This document shows positions 28,027-37,609 of a DNA stretch of 64,000 nt, one piece after another (the stretch's first letter is position 1; each line of letters starts with the position of its first letter). The notes below the pieces were generated by a model. That model searched no databases. It had not been told where the DNA came from and was given only the letters and a program-made list of their open reading frames with translations. The translations under genes and the position numbers were made by a program. Source of the DNA: Fidelibacterota bacterium. GTDB lineage: Bacteria > Fidelibacterota > UBA2242. The stretch spans positions 18,654-82,653 of the forward strand of contig JBNGDF010000005.1 in assembly GCA_049975265.1 (NCBI GenBank), in the 5' to 3' direction.

Positions 28027-30624
28027 ATGATGAAAGTATGGAAAATTGTTACTCTGTTTTTCATGATATTAGTCGTTTTGAGTCCCGGAATTCTTACGGC
28101 TCAATGGGGTACCTGTCTGCATTTTACTCAGATGGAGCATGACAAGGTAACGGTCTATGATACGCCCAGTTTGTGGCCCGGAGTCCTGAACGCCGGAACA
28201 GTGGAGTTATGGTTCAAACCGGATACGATATTCAAGAGCGACACCCACGGTCCGGATTATACCTATATTTTCTGTAAAAATATTTCCGGAAACTGGGTTG
28301 GCGACATGGGTCTGCACTGGATTCGGGGCGAAGGAGACATGGCTTGCTTCATCCAGAGCGGTGATGCCGCCAATTATCCCACACAGACAGTCAGATCGAA
28401 TAACGATGTGTTTGAAGCCCGCTGGTATCATGTGGCTTATGTCTGGGATACCGCCGATTCCATGCGTCTGTTTATTGACGGCAAAATGCAGGATGATATC
28501 GAGCCCGATCCGAACTCGGTAGGCGAGTACTGTTATGGCGTACCAAACGGAACGCAGCTGATCAATATCGGAACCGGTGCGCAGGATATGTGGTATTCTC
28601 GTTATGAAACCTTTCCCGGTTGCATTGATGAGGTCCGGGTTTCGGGTGTAGCCCGTTATACTGAGGATTTTGAAGTGCCCGATGAACCGCTTGATGCGGA
28701 TGTGTATACGGTCGCCCTCTGGCATTTTGATGAAGGCGAGGGCAATATTGCCAATGATGCCAGTGGTTACGGCTTTACCGGTACGCTGGGAGACCCCGAT
28801 TCGGCACTGGGCGTAGCCACTCCGGAATGGGTTGAGGTGATTCGTGATCCGAAGATACTGATTAATGAAGTTTTAGCCGATCCGCATGATGATGTTCAAT
28901 ACGGAGATGCCAATGGTGACGGGGTCCGGAATGCCTCTCAGGACGAATTCGTTGAGCTAGTTTGTGTGGCACAAAAACCGGTGGATATGACTGGCTGGAA
29001 ACTGGGTGACGACGATGCGCTGAATTTTCAGTTTCCCGATGGCTATCTACTTCAGCCCAACGAATTTGTGACCATTTTCGGCGGGGGCGACGTCAGCGGA
29101 TTTCCGGGATACAGTTCCGATCTTCTACTGACAAAGGTGTTTTCAGCCGGCGGGAGCATCGGCGACGGACTGGATGAAGCCGGAGACTATGTGGTGATGC
29201 AATCGGCGAACGGGCTGGATAACACCTACCTGGCATTTGGCAGCGTAAGCGGGGATCCGACCGGGAGCGCCGTCAGTGAGCTGACCTGGGAATTTTCTCA
29301 GAGTACTGCCGCCAATGCCGCCAATGATAATTCCATTACCCGCAGTCCTGATGCCGGACAGGATACGGATGACCCATTCACTGAACATCTGAATGTCAGC
29401 AGCGATTACTTCTCACCCGGCAAGACGCTGGAAGGTTTTTCGACCTTAGCCTATACATTGACAATTAATATATCGCCAGCCGGTGCCGGAACTGTTGAGT
29501 TAGATGAAGAGAGTGCCGCCAAAACCGAATTCGGCTACGGAGACTTGGTCACCCTGACCGCCCATGCGAACGGGCTTTACATTTTTGATAAATGGTCCGG
29601 TGATGAGAGTTCTATGGTGAATCCGGTGATCATCTCCATGAAGAGTTCGAAAGTCATTACGGCGGAATTTATTGAAGCCTTTCAACGACCGGTCACTATT
29701 CTGATCAATGAAATTAATGCTGACCCGTCGAACGATCCGATTCTGGGTGACGCCAATGGTGACGGTTCACGCCATCCCCAGCAGGATGAGTTTGTGGAGT
29801 TGGTGAATGTCAGTACGGAGACGGTGGACCTGAGCGGCTGGATGGTCGGTGATGACGAGCGGATTAGTTTTACCTTTCCGGATGGCGTAACCATCGGACC
29901 GGGTGAGTTTGTCACCATATTCGGCGGTGGCAACATTTCCGGAGTACCGGGTTTTAATGTTAATCCGCTGAAGAGCCGGGTGTTCGTATCTGCCATTCGT
30001 GATACTCTGGGGAACGGACTTGCCAACTCTGGTGAAACGGTGGTGGTCATTTCTGCGGACTCCTCTTATGCGATGTATTGCAATTACGGCAGCCGGTACG
30101 GACAGGGACCGCCGGTCAAGGATTTTAATGCCGGCATCTACTACAATATGCGCATGGATGCGGCAACTCCGGGCGACCAGAATCAATCGATGACCCGTTA
30201 TCCGGATGGCAGTATTGATGTACTGGATAATTTTGTACTGCATACCGAAGTGAATGAGGATAAAGAATCCTCGCCGAATTTGACTGTTGACGGCCAGGAA
30301 AGCATCACTGTCAATGCCATCGGAGTTGGAAGTGCGGATTTGCCGAGAACATTTCAGCTCTATCGCAATTTTCCGAATCCCTTTAATCCGACCACGACAA
30401 TCCGGTTTGCGACACCCAAACAGACACTGGTCAATCTGGCTGTTTATAACATGTTGGGACAGAAAGTCGCGGATCTGATGAATAAAGAGTGTGCCGCCGG
30501 GATTTATGAAGTGCAGTGGAATGGTAAGAACATCGCCGGTGAACCGGTTCCCACCGGCATTTATCTCTATAGTATTCAGGCGGACGGTTTCCGACGGACA
30601 CATAAAATGATTCTGATGAAATAG
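28027..30624 (+). CDS. Secreted LamG-like + 2 lamin-tail-domain protein with T9SS/FlgD-type CTD, copy A
   Basis: TVELWFKP...WYHVAYVWD...IDEVRVS...LWHFDEG (LamG); two INEV/INEI...DEFVEL...GW.GD units; RNFPNPFNP...KMILMK. Confidence 0.8.
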   Translation: MMKVWKIVTLFFMILVVLSPGILTAQWGTCLHFTQMEHDKVTVYDTPSLWPGVLNAGTVELWFKPDTIFKSDTHGPDYTYIFCKNISGNWVGDMGLHWIRGEGDMACFIQSGDAANYPTQTVRSNNDVFEARWYHVAYVWDTADSMRLFIDGKMQDDIEPDPNSVGEYCYGVPNGTQLINIGTGAQDMWYSRYETFPGCIDEVRVSGVARYTEDFEVPDEPLDADVYTVALWHFDEGEGNIANDASGYGFTGTLGDPDSALGVATPEWVEVIRDPKILINEVLADPHDDVQYGDANGDGVRNASQDEFVELVCVAQKPVDMTGWKLGDDDALNFQFPDGYLLQPNEFVTIFGGGDVSGFPGYSSDLLLTKVFSAGGSIGDGLDEAGDYVVMQSANGLDNTYLAFGSVSGDPTGSAVSELTWEFSQSTAANAANDNSITRSPDAGQDTDDPFTEHLNVSSDYFSPGKTLEGFSTLAYTLTINISPAGAGTVELDEESAAKTEFGYGDLVTLTAHANGLYIFDKWSGDESSMVNPVIISMKSSKVITAEFIEAFQRPVTILINEINADPSNDPILGDANGDGSRHPQQDEFVELVNVSTETVDLSGWMVGDDERISFTFPDGVTIGPGEFVTIFGGGNISGVPGFNVNPLKSRVFVSAIRDTLGNGLANSGETVVVISADSSYAMYCNYGSRYGQGPPVKDFNAGIYYNMRMDAATPGDQNQSMTRYPDGSIDVLDNFVLHTEVNEDKESSPNLTVDGQESITVNAIGVGSADLPRTFQLYRNFPNPFNPTTTIRFATPKQTLVNLAVYNMLGQKVADLMNKECAAGIYEVQWNGKNIAGEPVPTGIYLYSIQADGFRRTHKMILMK

Positions 30625-30643
30625 TGTTAAGTGAAAGTGTCAA

Positions 30644-30678
30644 TGGGCGGCTCTCCGGTCGCCCAATGCAGCTTTTTT
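30644..30678 (+). terminator. Stem-loop after the LamG/LTD gene of module A
   Basis: TGGGCGGC-TCTCCG-GTCGCCCA, with a T run shortly downstream. Confidence 0.45.
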
Positions 30679-30828
30679 GATAGCTTGGGAAAATTTTTTG
30701 TCCCCCTGAACAGTCCATTGATTTGACGGAAGTATGTTGTGATTTTTCTACTGAACATTGAAGAAAGGAGTTCTTCGAAAAATTGATGGGGTAAGCACTC
30801 TGTAAATCCGTTGAAAAAGGAGCCAATA

Positions 30829-31605
30829 ATGCGAAATAATCTTAAAATTGTATGGCTGGGACTACTGCTGGTTTTCGGCGCCTCATGTGCCCGAGTTGAC
30901 AACCGCATAATCACCGCCCATCGGGGAGCGTCTGGCACTGCACCGGAAAATACAATGATTGCAATCCAAAGGGCGATCGAGCTGGGCGCCGGTTTTTCGG
31001 AAATTGATGTTCAGGAGACTGCCGATGGCGAAATCATTTTACTCCATGACAAGACGTTGGAGCGGACCGGCGGTGTCGTCTGGAATATCTGGGATACACC
31101 CTATGACTCGTTGAAGAAGATTGAGGTGGGCTCCTGGTTTGCGCCGGAATATGCCGGTGAACCGGTGCCCCGGCTGGCGGATGTCATAGATGCTGTTAAG
31201 GGAAAAATAAAACTGAATATTGAGCTGAAAATCAACGGTCATGAAAAGGAACTGGTAGAAAAGGTGGTAGACCTGATTCATGAAAAAAAATTCCAGTCGG
31301 AATGCATCGTTACCAGTTTTGATCTGCAATCTGTCCAGAAAGTTCGTCAACTGGATAAAAATCTCAAGGTCGGGTTGATTTTCAGTAAATATCCGGAAAA
31401 TGTGGATGTGTTTTCTCTGGATGTGGATCTGCTGAGTGTGAAATATACGCTGGTGGATGAAGAATTTATGCGGAAAGCCCGCGCTAGTGGTAAGGATGTG
31501 CATGTCTGGACCGTCAATGACTCGGAGATGATGCAGAAGCTTCTGGATTTGGGCGTAACGAGCATTATTACCAATTATCCGGGGAAATTGAGGACGCTGA
31601 TCTGA
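30829..31605 (+). CDS. Glycerophosphodiester phosphodiesterase (GlpQ/UgpQ family), lipoprotein
   Basis: Lipobox GASC; AHRGASGTAPENT, SEIDVQETADG, LHD, NIELK, HVWTVN, IITNYP. Confidence 0.92.
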   Translation: MRNNLKIVWLGLLLVFGASCARVDNRIITAHRGASGTAPENTMIAIQRAIELGAGFSEIDVQETADGEIILLHDKTLERTGGVVWNIWDTPYDSLKKIEVGSWFAPEYAGEPVPRLADVIDAVKGKIKLNIELKINGHEKELVEKVVDLIHEKKFQSECIVTSFDLQSVQKVRQLDKNLKVGLIFSKYPENVDVFSLDVDLLSVKYTLVDEEFMRKARASGKDVHVWTVNDSEMMQKLLDLGVTSIITNYPGKLRTLI

Positions 31606-31624
31606 GAGTGACAGGAGAACAGTC

Positions 31625-33622
31625 ATGAAACGTCGCATATTTAGTTGTGTAATGCTTCTACTTGTCAGCGGACAGACCCTGCCCGCACTGGACCTGCCGG
31701 CTGTTTTTGGTGATAATATGGTCCTTCAGCAGAAAAGCAAGGTGGCGGTCTGGGGCTGGGCATCTCCAAATGAGAAAGTGAGGGTCTGTGGTAATTGGAG
31801 CCGGCGCAGAGCATCTGCCATTGCCGATGAAAGTGGAAAATGGCTAGTTCGATTAAAGACGCCCAAAGCCGGAGGACCCTATACGTTGACGGTTTCTGCG
31901 GATACGACGATTGTGTTCCGGGATGTATTGATTGGTGAGGTCTGGTTCTGTGCCGGGCAATCCAATATGGATATGTGGATGGCCAAAGGCGCCGGAAAAG
32001 CCGGTGTTTTGAACTATCAGGAAGAAATTGCAAAAGCCGACTATCCAAATATACGTATGTTTAAAGTTACGCAAAAATTGTCTGAATCACCAATGGAGAA
32101 TTGTGTTGGCGCCTGGCAGAGATGCACTCCGGAAAGTGTCGCCAGATTCAGTGCCGTAGCGTACTACTATGGGTTGGAATTGTATCAGGAATTGGGCGTG
32201 CCGATCGGGTTGGTTCAGAGCTCCTGGGGTGGCTCACCGGCTCAGGCGTGGACCAGCCGCGAGGCTCTGGAAAGCCATCCGGATTTTCGATATTACTTAA
32301 ATGAACTTGAAGAAATTGTTCAGAACGAGAAGAACAAGGAGCACTTAAAGCGGGAGTACGAGGAAGACCTCAATCGCTGGATCCTGGAATCTTATGCCCT
32401 GGATAAAAAAATCTGGCGGAGCTGGATTTCACCCGAGCTGGATGACAGCGACTGGCAAAAAATGAATTTACCAAGCAGCTGGGAGAGCGCCGGACTGCCG
32501 GATTTTGACGGCACGGTCTGGTTCCGGAAGCATTTTACCGTGCCCAATGAATTTCTTGGTAAAGAGTTACTATTTGATCTTGGACCAGTCGATGACATTG
32601 ATCGGACCTTCATCAACGGGAGAAGGATAGGTGAGATTCAGGAACGGGGCAACTATAAAGTATCCCGTGAGTATCCAATTCCGACGGACTTGCTGAAGCC
32701 CGGTGACAACGTGGTTTCCATCCGCGTAACCGATTATAAGGGTAGTGGTGGAATTTATGGCGGGAGTGATCATTTGCGCATTGTTACGGCGAACAATCAG
32801 AAGGTGGTTACCGATCTCTCCGGCGAGTGGCTCTATAAAGTCGCTTATGATATTAAAGACCATCGTCCGATCCCGGAAATCCCGGGCAAGATGACAAAAA
32901 CAACACCGACGGCGCTGTTTAACGGTATGGTGGCGCCGTTAATTCCTTATACTATAAAGGGGGTTATCTGGTACCAGGGCGAAAGCAACCGATCTGAAGC
33001 CTATGTATATCGGGAACTGTTTCCGTTGATGGTTTCGGATTGGCGGGAGCGCTGGCAGTTGGGTGATTTCCCGTTTTACTATGTCCAGATAGCGCCCTTT
33101 GGTTATAAGAGTGAACATCCGATTGCTGCGGAAGTGCGGGAATCCCAACTGGTATGTCTGAACACGATTCCCAACTCAGGTATGGTTGTGACGATGGATG
33201 TTGGAGATATTGATGATATCCATCCCCGTGACAAAAAAACAGTGGGACAGAGGTTGTCACTCTGGGCATTGGCGAAAACATATCATAGAAAAGGGGTACC
33301 CTGTTCCGGTCCTTTATACAGGGAAATGGTCGTAGAAGATAATAAGGTACGAATATATTTTGACTTTGCTGATGATGGTTTAAAAATAAACGGTGATGAT
33401 CTGTCACATTTTTCAATTGCCGGTGCTGACAGCGTTTTTCAGCCGGCGAAGACAAAAATTGAAGGTAATACGATTCTTGTGTGGAATGAGAATATAACAA
33501 AACCGATTGCTGTACGTTTTGGCTGGAGTAATACGGCGGAACTGAATCTGTACAATTCTGCCGGTCTGCCGGCATCGCCTTTTCGCACCGATGACTTCCC
33601 GGTTTCCACTCAGAGAAAATAG
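31625..33622 (+). CDS. Sialate O-acetylesterase-family (DUF303/SASA) esterase with inserted sugar-binding domain
   Basis: FGDNMVLQQ, GEVWFCAGQSNM, FSAVAYYYG, WYQGESN, DIHPRDK, GLPASPFRTD. Confidence 0.88.
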   Translation: MKRRIFSCVMLLLVSGQTLPALDLPAVFGDNMVLQQKSKVAVWGWASPNEKVRVCGNWSRRRASAIADESGKWLVRLKTPKAGGPYTLTVSADTTIVFRDVLIGEVWFCAGQSNMDMWMAKGAGKAGVLNYQEEIAKADYPNIRMFKVTQKLSESPMENCVGAWQRCTPESVARFSAVAYYYGLELYQELGVPIGLVQSSWGGSPAQAWTSREALESHPDFRYYLNELEEIVQNEKNKEHLKREYEEDLNRWILESYALDKKIWRSWISPELDDSDWQKMNLPSSWESAGLPDFDGTVWFRKHFTVPNEFLGKELLFDLGPVDDIDRTFINGRRIGEIQERGNYKVSREYPIPTDLLKPGDNVVSIRVTDYKGSGGIYGGSDHLRIVTANNQKVVTDLSGEWLYKVAYDIKDHRPIPEIPGKMTKTTPTALFNGMVAPLIPYTIKGVIWYQGESNRSEAYVYRELFPLMVSDWRERWQLGDFPFYYVQIAPFGYKSEHPIAAEVRESQLVCLNTIPNSGMVVTMDVGDIDDIHPRDKKTVGQRLSLWALAKTYHRKGVPCSGPLYREMVVEDNKVRIYFDFADDGLKINGDDLSHFSIAGADSVFQPAKTKIEGNTILVWNENITKPIAVRFGWSNTAELNLYNSAGLPASPFRTDDFPVSTQRK

Positions 33623-33640
33623 AAAGCAGATTACCATCCG

Positions 33641-35605
33641 ATGAGATTTCAAAAACACATTTTTCAGGTAGCGGCCACTTTTTTCCTCACAATAGGGAGT
33701 GGATTTTTATCAGCAATGCCCATTTTCAGCTACTATACCGGAATGGATTCAACCGATGGAATTATATATAATGCAGTGGAGATTGTTGGTATTTCCGATC
33801 CGGAAGAGGCGGTTGCCCGGGGAGAATCCGGCTGGGGATATACAGTTCCTCAGGCAGCCCGTTTTGATACGGATTCCTCCTATATTATTACCGCAGAGAA
33901 CGTTCAACTGAGTTATATCGGCGATCACACGCTATCCGGTGAAATCTGGGTGCGACCATATCGCGGCAATGGTGTCTTGTGGACGTGGGGCGATACGAGC
34001 GGGGCAAATTTTTTACGGATGTCTTTGAAAGAGGATTGCTCTATCCGCCTTGAGCGGAGCATTCTGGACAGTGTTTATGTGGTTGATTCCGGGCGGACGC
34101 TGGATACAAACCGAATGCAATATATCCGCTGGGTCAGTGAAGTTCTGCAAGATACGCTGTATCAATCATTATGGATAAATGGACAGATCAGTTCTCAAAA
34201 CAGAGACTACCTGCTGTCCGGCACAGGGTTTGTCATTTTAAGGTCCCCTTTTCAGCTGGGTGGCGTACTGAGTTCGGACAGTGCGGCACAGGCTTTTTCC
34301 GGGGAAATCCATGCGGCTACCCTTACGAATGTTTTGTCGCAATACGAACTGTCCGCTTATCTGCCCTATGACGGCAGCCGGTTTTCCGGGATTCCCTATT
34401 ATTGGGATTACGACCATTGGAAAAGTTATACCATTTCACCGACACCTGTTGGGGCGCTGATATTTGTGCCCTATGTCCACGATGATTTTGTTCCTCAGGG
34501 GCTGACCAACTCCTTTGAGGACCCAGACTTCAGCGGTGATGGAATGATTTTTATTTCCATGTATAACAAGACGATTAATAATGTCATTGGTCTGAAGCGC
34601 TCAATTGTTGTCGAGATGGATCCCGGAAATCATTTTGCGGTGCGGCGCTGTTTTCGGCTGCGGGGACAGCTGCAATACAGCCATAATGGCGGCATTGCGT
34701 ATAAAAATAACCGTATTTATATCGCCGGTTCGGGCTATATTGAAGCTTATCAGATTCCTGTCTACGATGGCGAAGGAGACGCAAAGTATCAGGACCTGTA
34801 CCCAATGTCTTCCGGTTTATACGATGTGGAGGGCTCGACCTCTTTTACCACCATTTTTAATGATACTCTCTGGGTCGGTGATTTTCGTGAAGAGGATCAA
34901 AGCAATCCCTATTTGCGGGGCTATCCTCTGGACTCAAATGGCGCCATTGGCGGTACCCCAAAATATTATCGCCTGCCGCTGCAAACTCAGGGTTGTACCT
35001 GGGGTATATACGCCGGCAGGACATACCTGTTTACTTCGATCAGTTCGGGCGGTACAAATAACAGTCTGTTGCACCGGTTTGATCGGAATGAGCTATCCGT
35101 CTATGCGGTTCCGGAGCCCGACAGAACCCTTGAATTTCCGTCTGGAGCCGAGGATATCAGTTTTGACGGTGACGGCGATCTGTGGTGCGTTTCAGAGTCG
35201 GGTGCGAAGTACTATCAGCTGCGTGATTCCTATCCCTGGCGCCAGTTTTTTCCTTTTATCTATGAAATAAAAAATTCAGTCCTGTTCAGCGATATTGATA
35301 CGACGTTGAATCTGCAATTTCAACAAAACCGGATACCATCAAAATTTTCGGTTCAAAACTATCCGAATCCGTTTAATCAACAAACGGTCATTACCTATTC
35401 AATCATTGAAAACTCTGTCATTGATATGGTTCTCTATGATATTTGTGGCAGAGAGCTGTCCCGACTGGTCGATCAGGAGTCGAAGCCGGCGGGCAGCTAT
35501 CAGTTTGTCTGGCATACGCCGGAGCTGCCGACAGGGATATATTTCATTCTGCTGTCGGATAATCACGGTCAGCAGGCTATCCGCAAGCTGGTTTTTCTAA
35601 AGTAA
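33641..35605 (+). CDS. Secreted protein of unknown function (LamG-like N-terminus, probable beta-propeller, T9SS-type CTD), copy A
   Basis: Signal peptide; FVPQGLT, HNGGIAY, QTQG, GAEDISF, SESGA blade-like motifs; QNYPNPFN...RKLVFLK; paralog at 57331-59301. Confidence 0.7.
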   Translation: MRFQKHIFQVAATFFLTIGSGFLSAMPIFSYYTGMDSTDGIIYNAVEIVGISDPEEAVARGESGWGYTVPQAARFDTDSSYIITAENVQLSYIGDHTLSGEIWVRPYRGNGVLWTWGDTSGANFLRMSLKEDCSIRLERSILDSVYVVDSGRTLDTNRMQYIRWVSEVLQDTLYQSLWINGQISSQNRDYLLSGTGFVILRSPFQLGGVLSSDSAAQAFSGEIHAATLTNVLSQYELSAYLPYDGSRFSGIPYYWDYDHWKSYTISPTPVGALIFVPYVHDDFVPQGLTNSFEDPDFSGDGMIFISMYNKTINNVIGLKRSIVVEMDPGNHFAVRRCFRLRGQLQYSHNGGIAYKNNRIYIAGSGYIEAYQIPVYDGEGDAKYQDLYPMSSGLYDVEGSTSFTTIFNDTLWVGDFREEDQSNPYLRGYPLDSNGAIGGTPKYYRLPLQTQGCTWGIYAGRTYLFTSISSGGTNNSLLHRFDRNELSVYAVPEPDRTLEFPSGAEDISFDGDGDLWCVSESGAKYYQLRDSYPWRQFFPFIYEIKNSVLFSDIDTTLNLQFQQNRIPSKFSVQNYPNPFNQQTVITYSIIENSVIDMVLYDICGRELSRLVDQESKPAGSYQFVWHTPELPTGIYFILLSDNHGQQAIRKLVFLK

Positions 35606-35611
35606 GGTACG

Positions 35612-37329
35612 GTGGAAGTGAGTCGTTTAAGAAAGATAACAATGATTGGACCGATTCTGGGCAGCATGCTGTTAACTGCTATGACTGACAGTGCGGTTAT
35701 TTGGCAGGACGATTTTGATTCGGAATATCTAAATGGCTGGACGATTGTCGACCTTGCTCCGGGTCAACAATCCGACTGGCATGTTTATGATGGTTTTTTG
35801 GTTCATACTTCAAATATCGGCGGGAAAAAGCAGCTGGGGTCCCATATTGTCGCCGGAGACCGGGAATGGCGCAATTATACAGTTCGGGCTGAACTGGTTT
35901 TCACCGACGATGATTATATCGGGATTCTGTTTCGCTACCGGGATCAGAAAAACTATTACCGCTTTTTCTTATCGGGACAAAATGGACAGAGTTTTCTGGA
36001 AAAGCGGGTGAAGGGCGATATTCAGCGATTGGGCTTTTTCGAGGAATCGCTGGATGAATGCAAAATGACAATGACCGCTGCTGTTCACCAGGATACGATT
36101 CGGGTCTATCTCAATGATCGGGAATATTTTACGGTGATCGACTCCAGTCATCCAACCGGTAAGGTGGGATTTATGACCTGCTACAACGAGGGGGCGTATT
36201 TTGACAATATTGTCGTATCGGAATTTTACGAACCGATGATAAAAGTGGTCAAACCGCGGCTGGATTTTCGGTGCGGACCCTACCTCCAGAATGTTCTCGG
36301 TGACAGTGCAACGATTATGTGGCAGACGAACCTGCCGGCTAATTCGATTGTGGAATACGGTCGGCGGAAAGGATCTGCCAGGCGCATCGAAGTTGCGGGA
36401 AGCCGAAAAATTCATGAAATATGTCTGCGGAATTTGCGGAAAAATGCCCGTTATTTTTATCGGGTTATCTCGGATAGTCTGCAGAGCGAGTGGTTCTCTT
36501 TTCGGTCTTATAATCCAAACCGGAAAAAATTGCGATTTGCTCTGTATGGTGACAGTCAGAATAATTTTATGGTGCATCGCAAAATCGCGGTTGCGATTGA
36601 AAAACATGATCCGGAATTCATCGTCCATGCCGGTGATCTGGCGCACGGCGGTCGGACTGGGCAACAGAATTTTTTCATCCGGCGGGCAGATTGTTGAGTA
36701 AAACACCAGGTTATGTTGCCCGCGGAAACCACGCCTATGGTTCGCCGCTTTTTGCCGATTATTTTTCCTTTCCGGAAAAGGAGCATGAAACCTATTATAG
36801 TATCCGGGTGGGAAATGCCTATTTCATCTTCCTAGATAATGCCAAAGCCGATTTTCCTGACAAAGATTACTATCTTGATATTGATGAAGACAGCCAGCAA
36901 TATAAGTGGCTGGTGCAACAATTAAGCTCCGCCGCGGCACAGCGCGCCGAATGGCTGTTTGTGGTAGCGCATGTGCCCTGCTATTCGGAGTTTGCCAGTC
37001 AGAAATTCGCAGGTAATATAAACGTCAAAAAATATGTACCGCTATACCGGCGTTATCAGGTGGATGCGGTTTTTTCCGGGCATATTCACGCCTATGAGCG
37101 GGGCGAGTCGGAGGGCGTTCACTATTTCATCTGTGGCGGTGCCGGGGGGACATTGGATCAAAAGCAGGAGCGGGATATTCCGGAGATAGAGGTTTCCCAG
37201 GCGGGTCATCACTACTGTATTGTCGAGATAGACGGTGCCCGTTTGTCATTTAAACAGTACGGAATCGATGGTCGGTTGCGGGACAGTTTTGAGATTAACA
37301 AGGGGGAGAAGCAGAATAAAAAGGAATGA
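35612..37329 (+). pseudogene. Purple-acid-phosphatase-like metallophosphoesterase with N-terminal lectin-like domain, frameshifted
   Basis: GPYLQN...IMWQT, YGDSQ and HAGDL lie in ORF 35612; DWATEFFHPAGRLLSKTP, RGNH, VAHVP and FSGHIHAYER lie in the next frame. The shift is near 36640-36655. Confidence 0.75.
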
Positions 37330-37412
37330 ATATCAATGCTTTGCAAAAGGGGGCAATAAGATTTATTTGGCTTGAATGAGCCGGTAAAGGGCGTAGAAAG
37401 GCAATTTTTTTA

Positions 37413-37473
37413 TTGACTCTGATGGAAATATTTTTTAAGGTATAGTGGAATTTATATTATTGAATAAATATTC
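37413..37473 (+). promoter_or_regulatory. Promoter and 26-bp operator of the multi-LTD gene
   Basis: TTGACT (37413)-N17-TAAGGT; GAATTTATATTATTGAATAAATATTC at 37448-37473, 30 nt after TTGAC. Confidence 0.75.
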
Positions 37474-37609
37474 AAATGAAGTTCAGAATCTTACCCTCCC
37501 AAAAAAAAATATCTGGTTTCAGACAGGGGTACGATGGTTAAAAGAAAGGAGGCAGCAAACAGACTTTGAGAAAGGCGTTGAACATTTTTAATAAAGAAAA
37601 GGAGAACCT

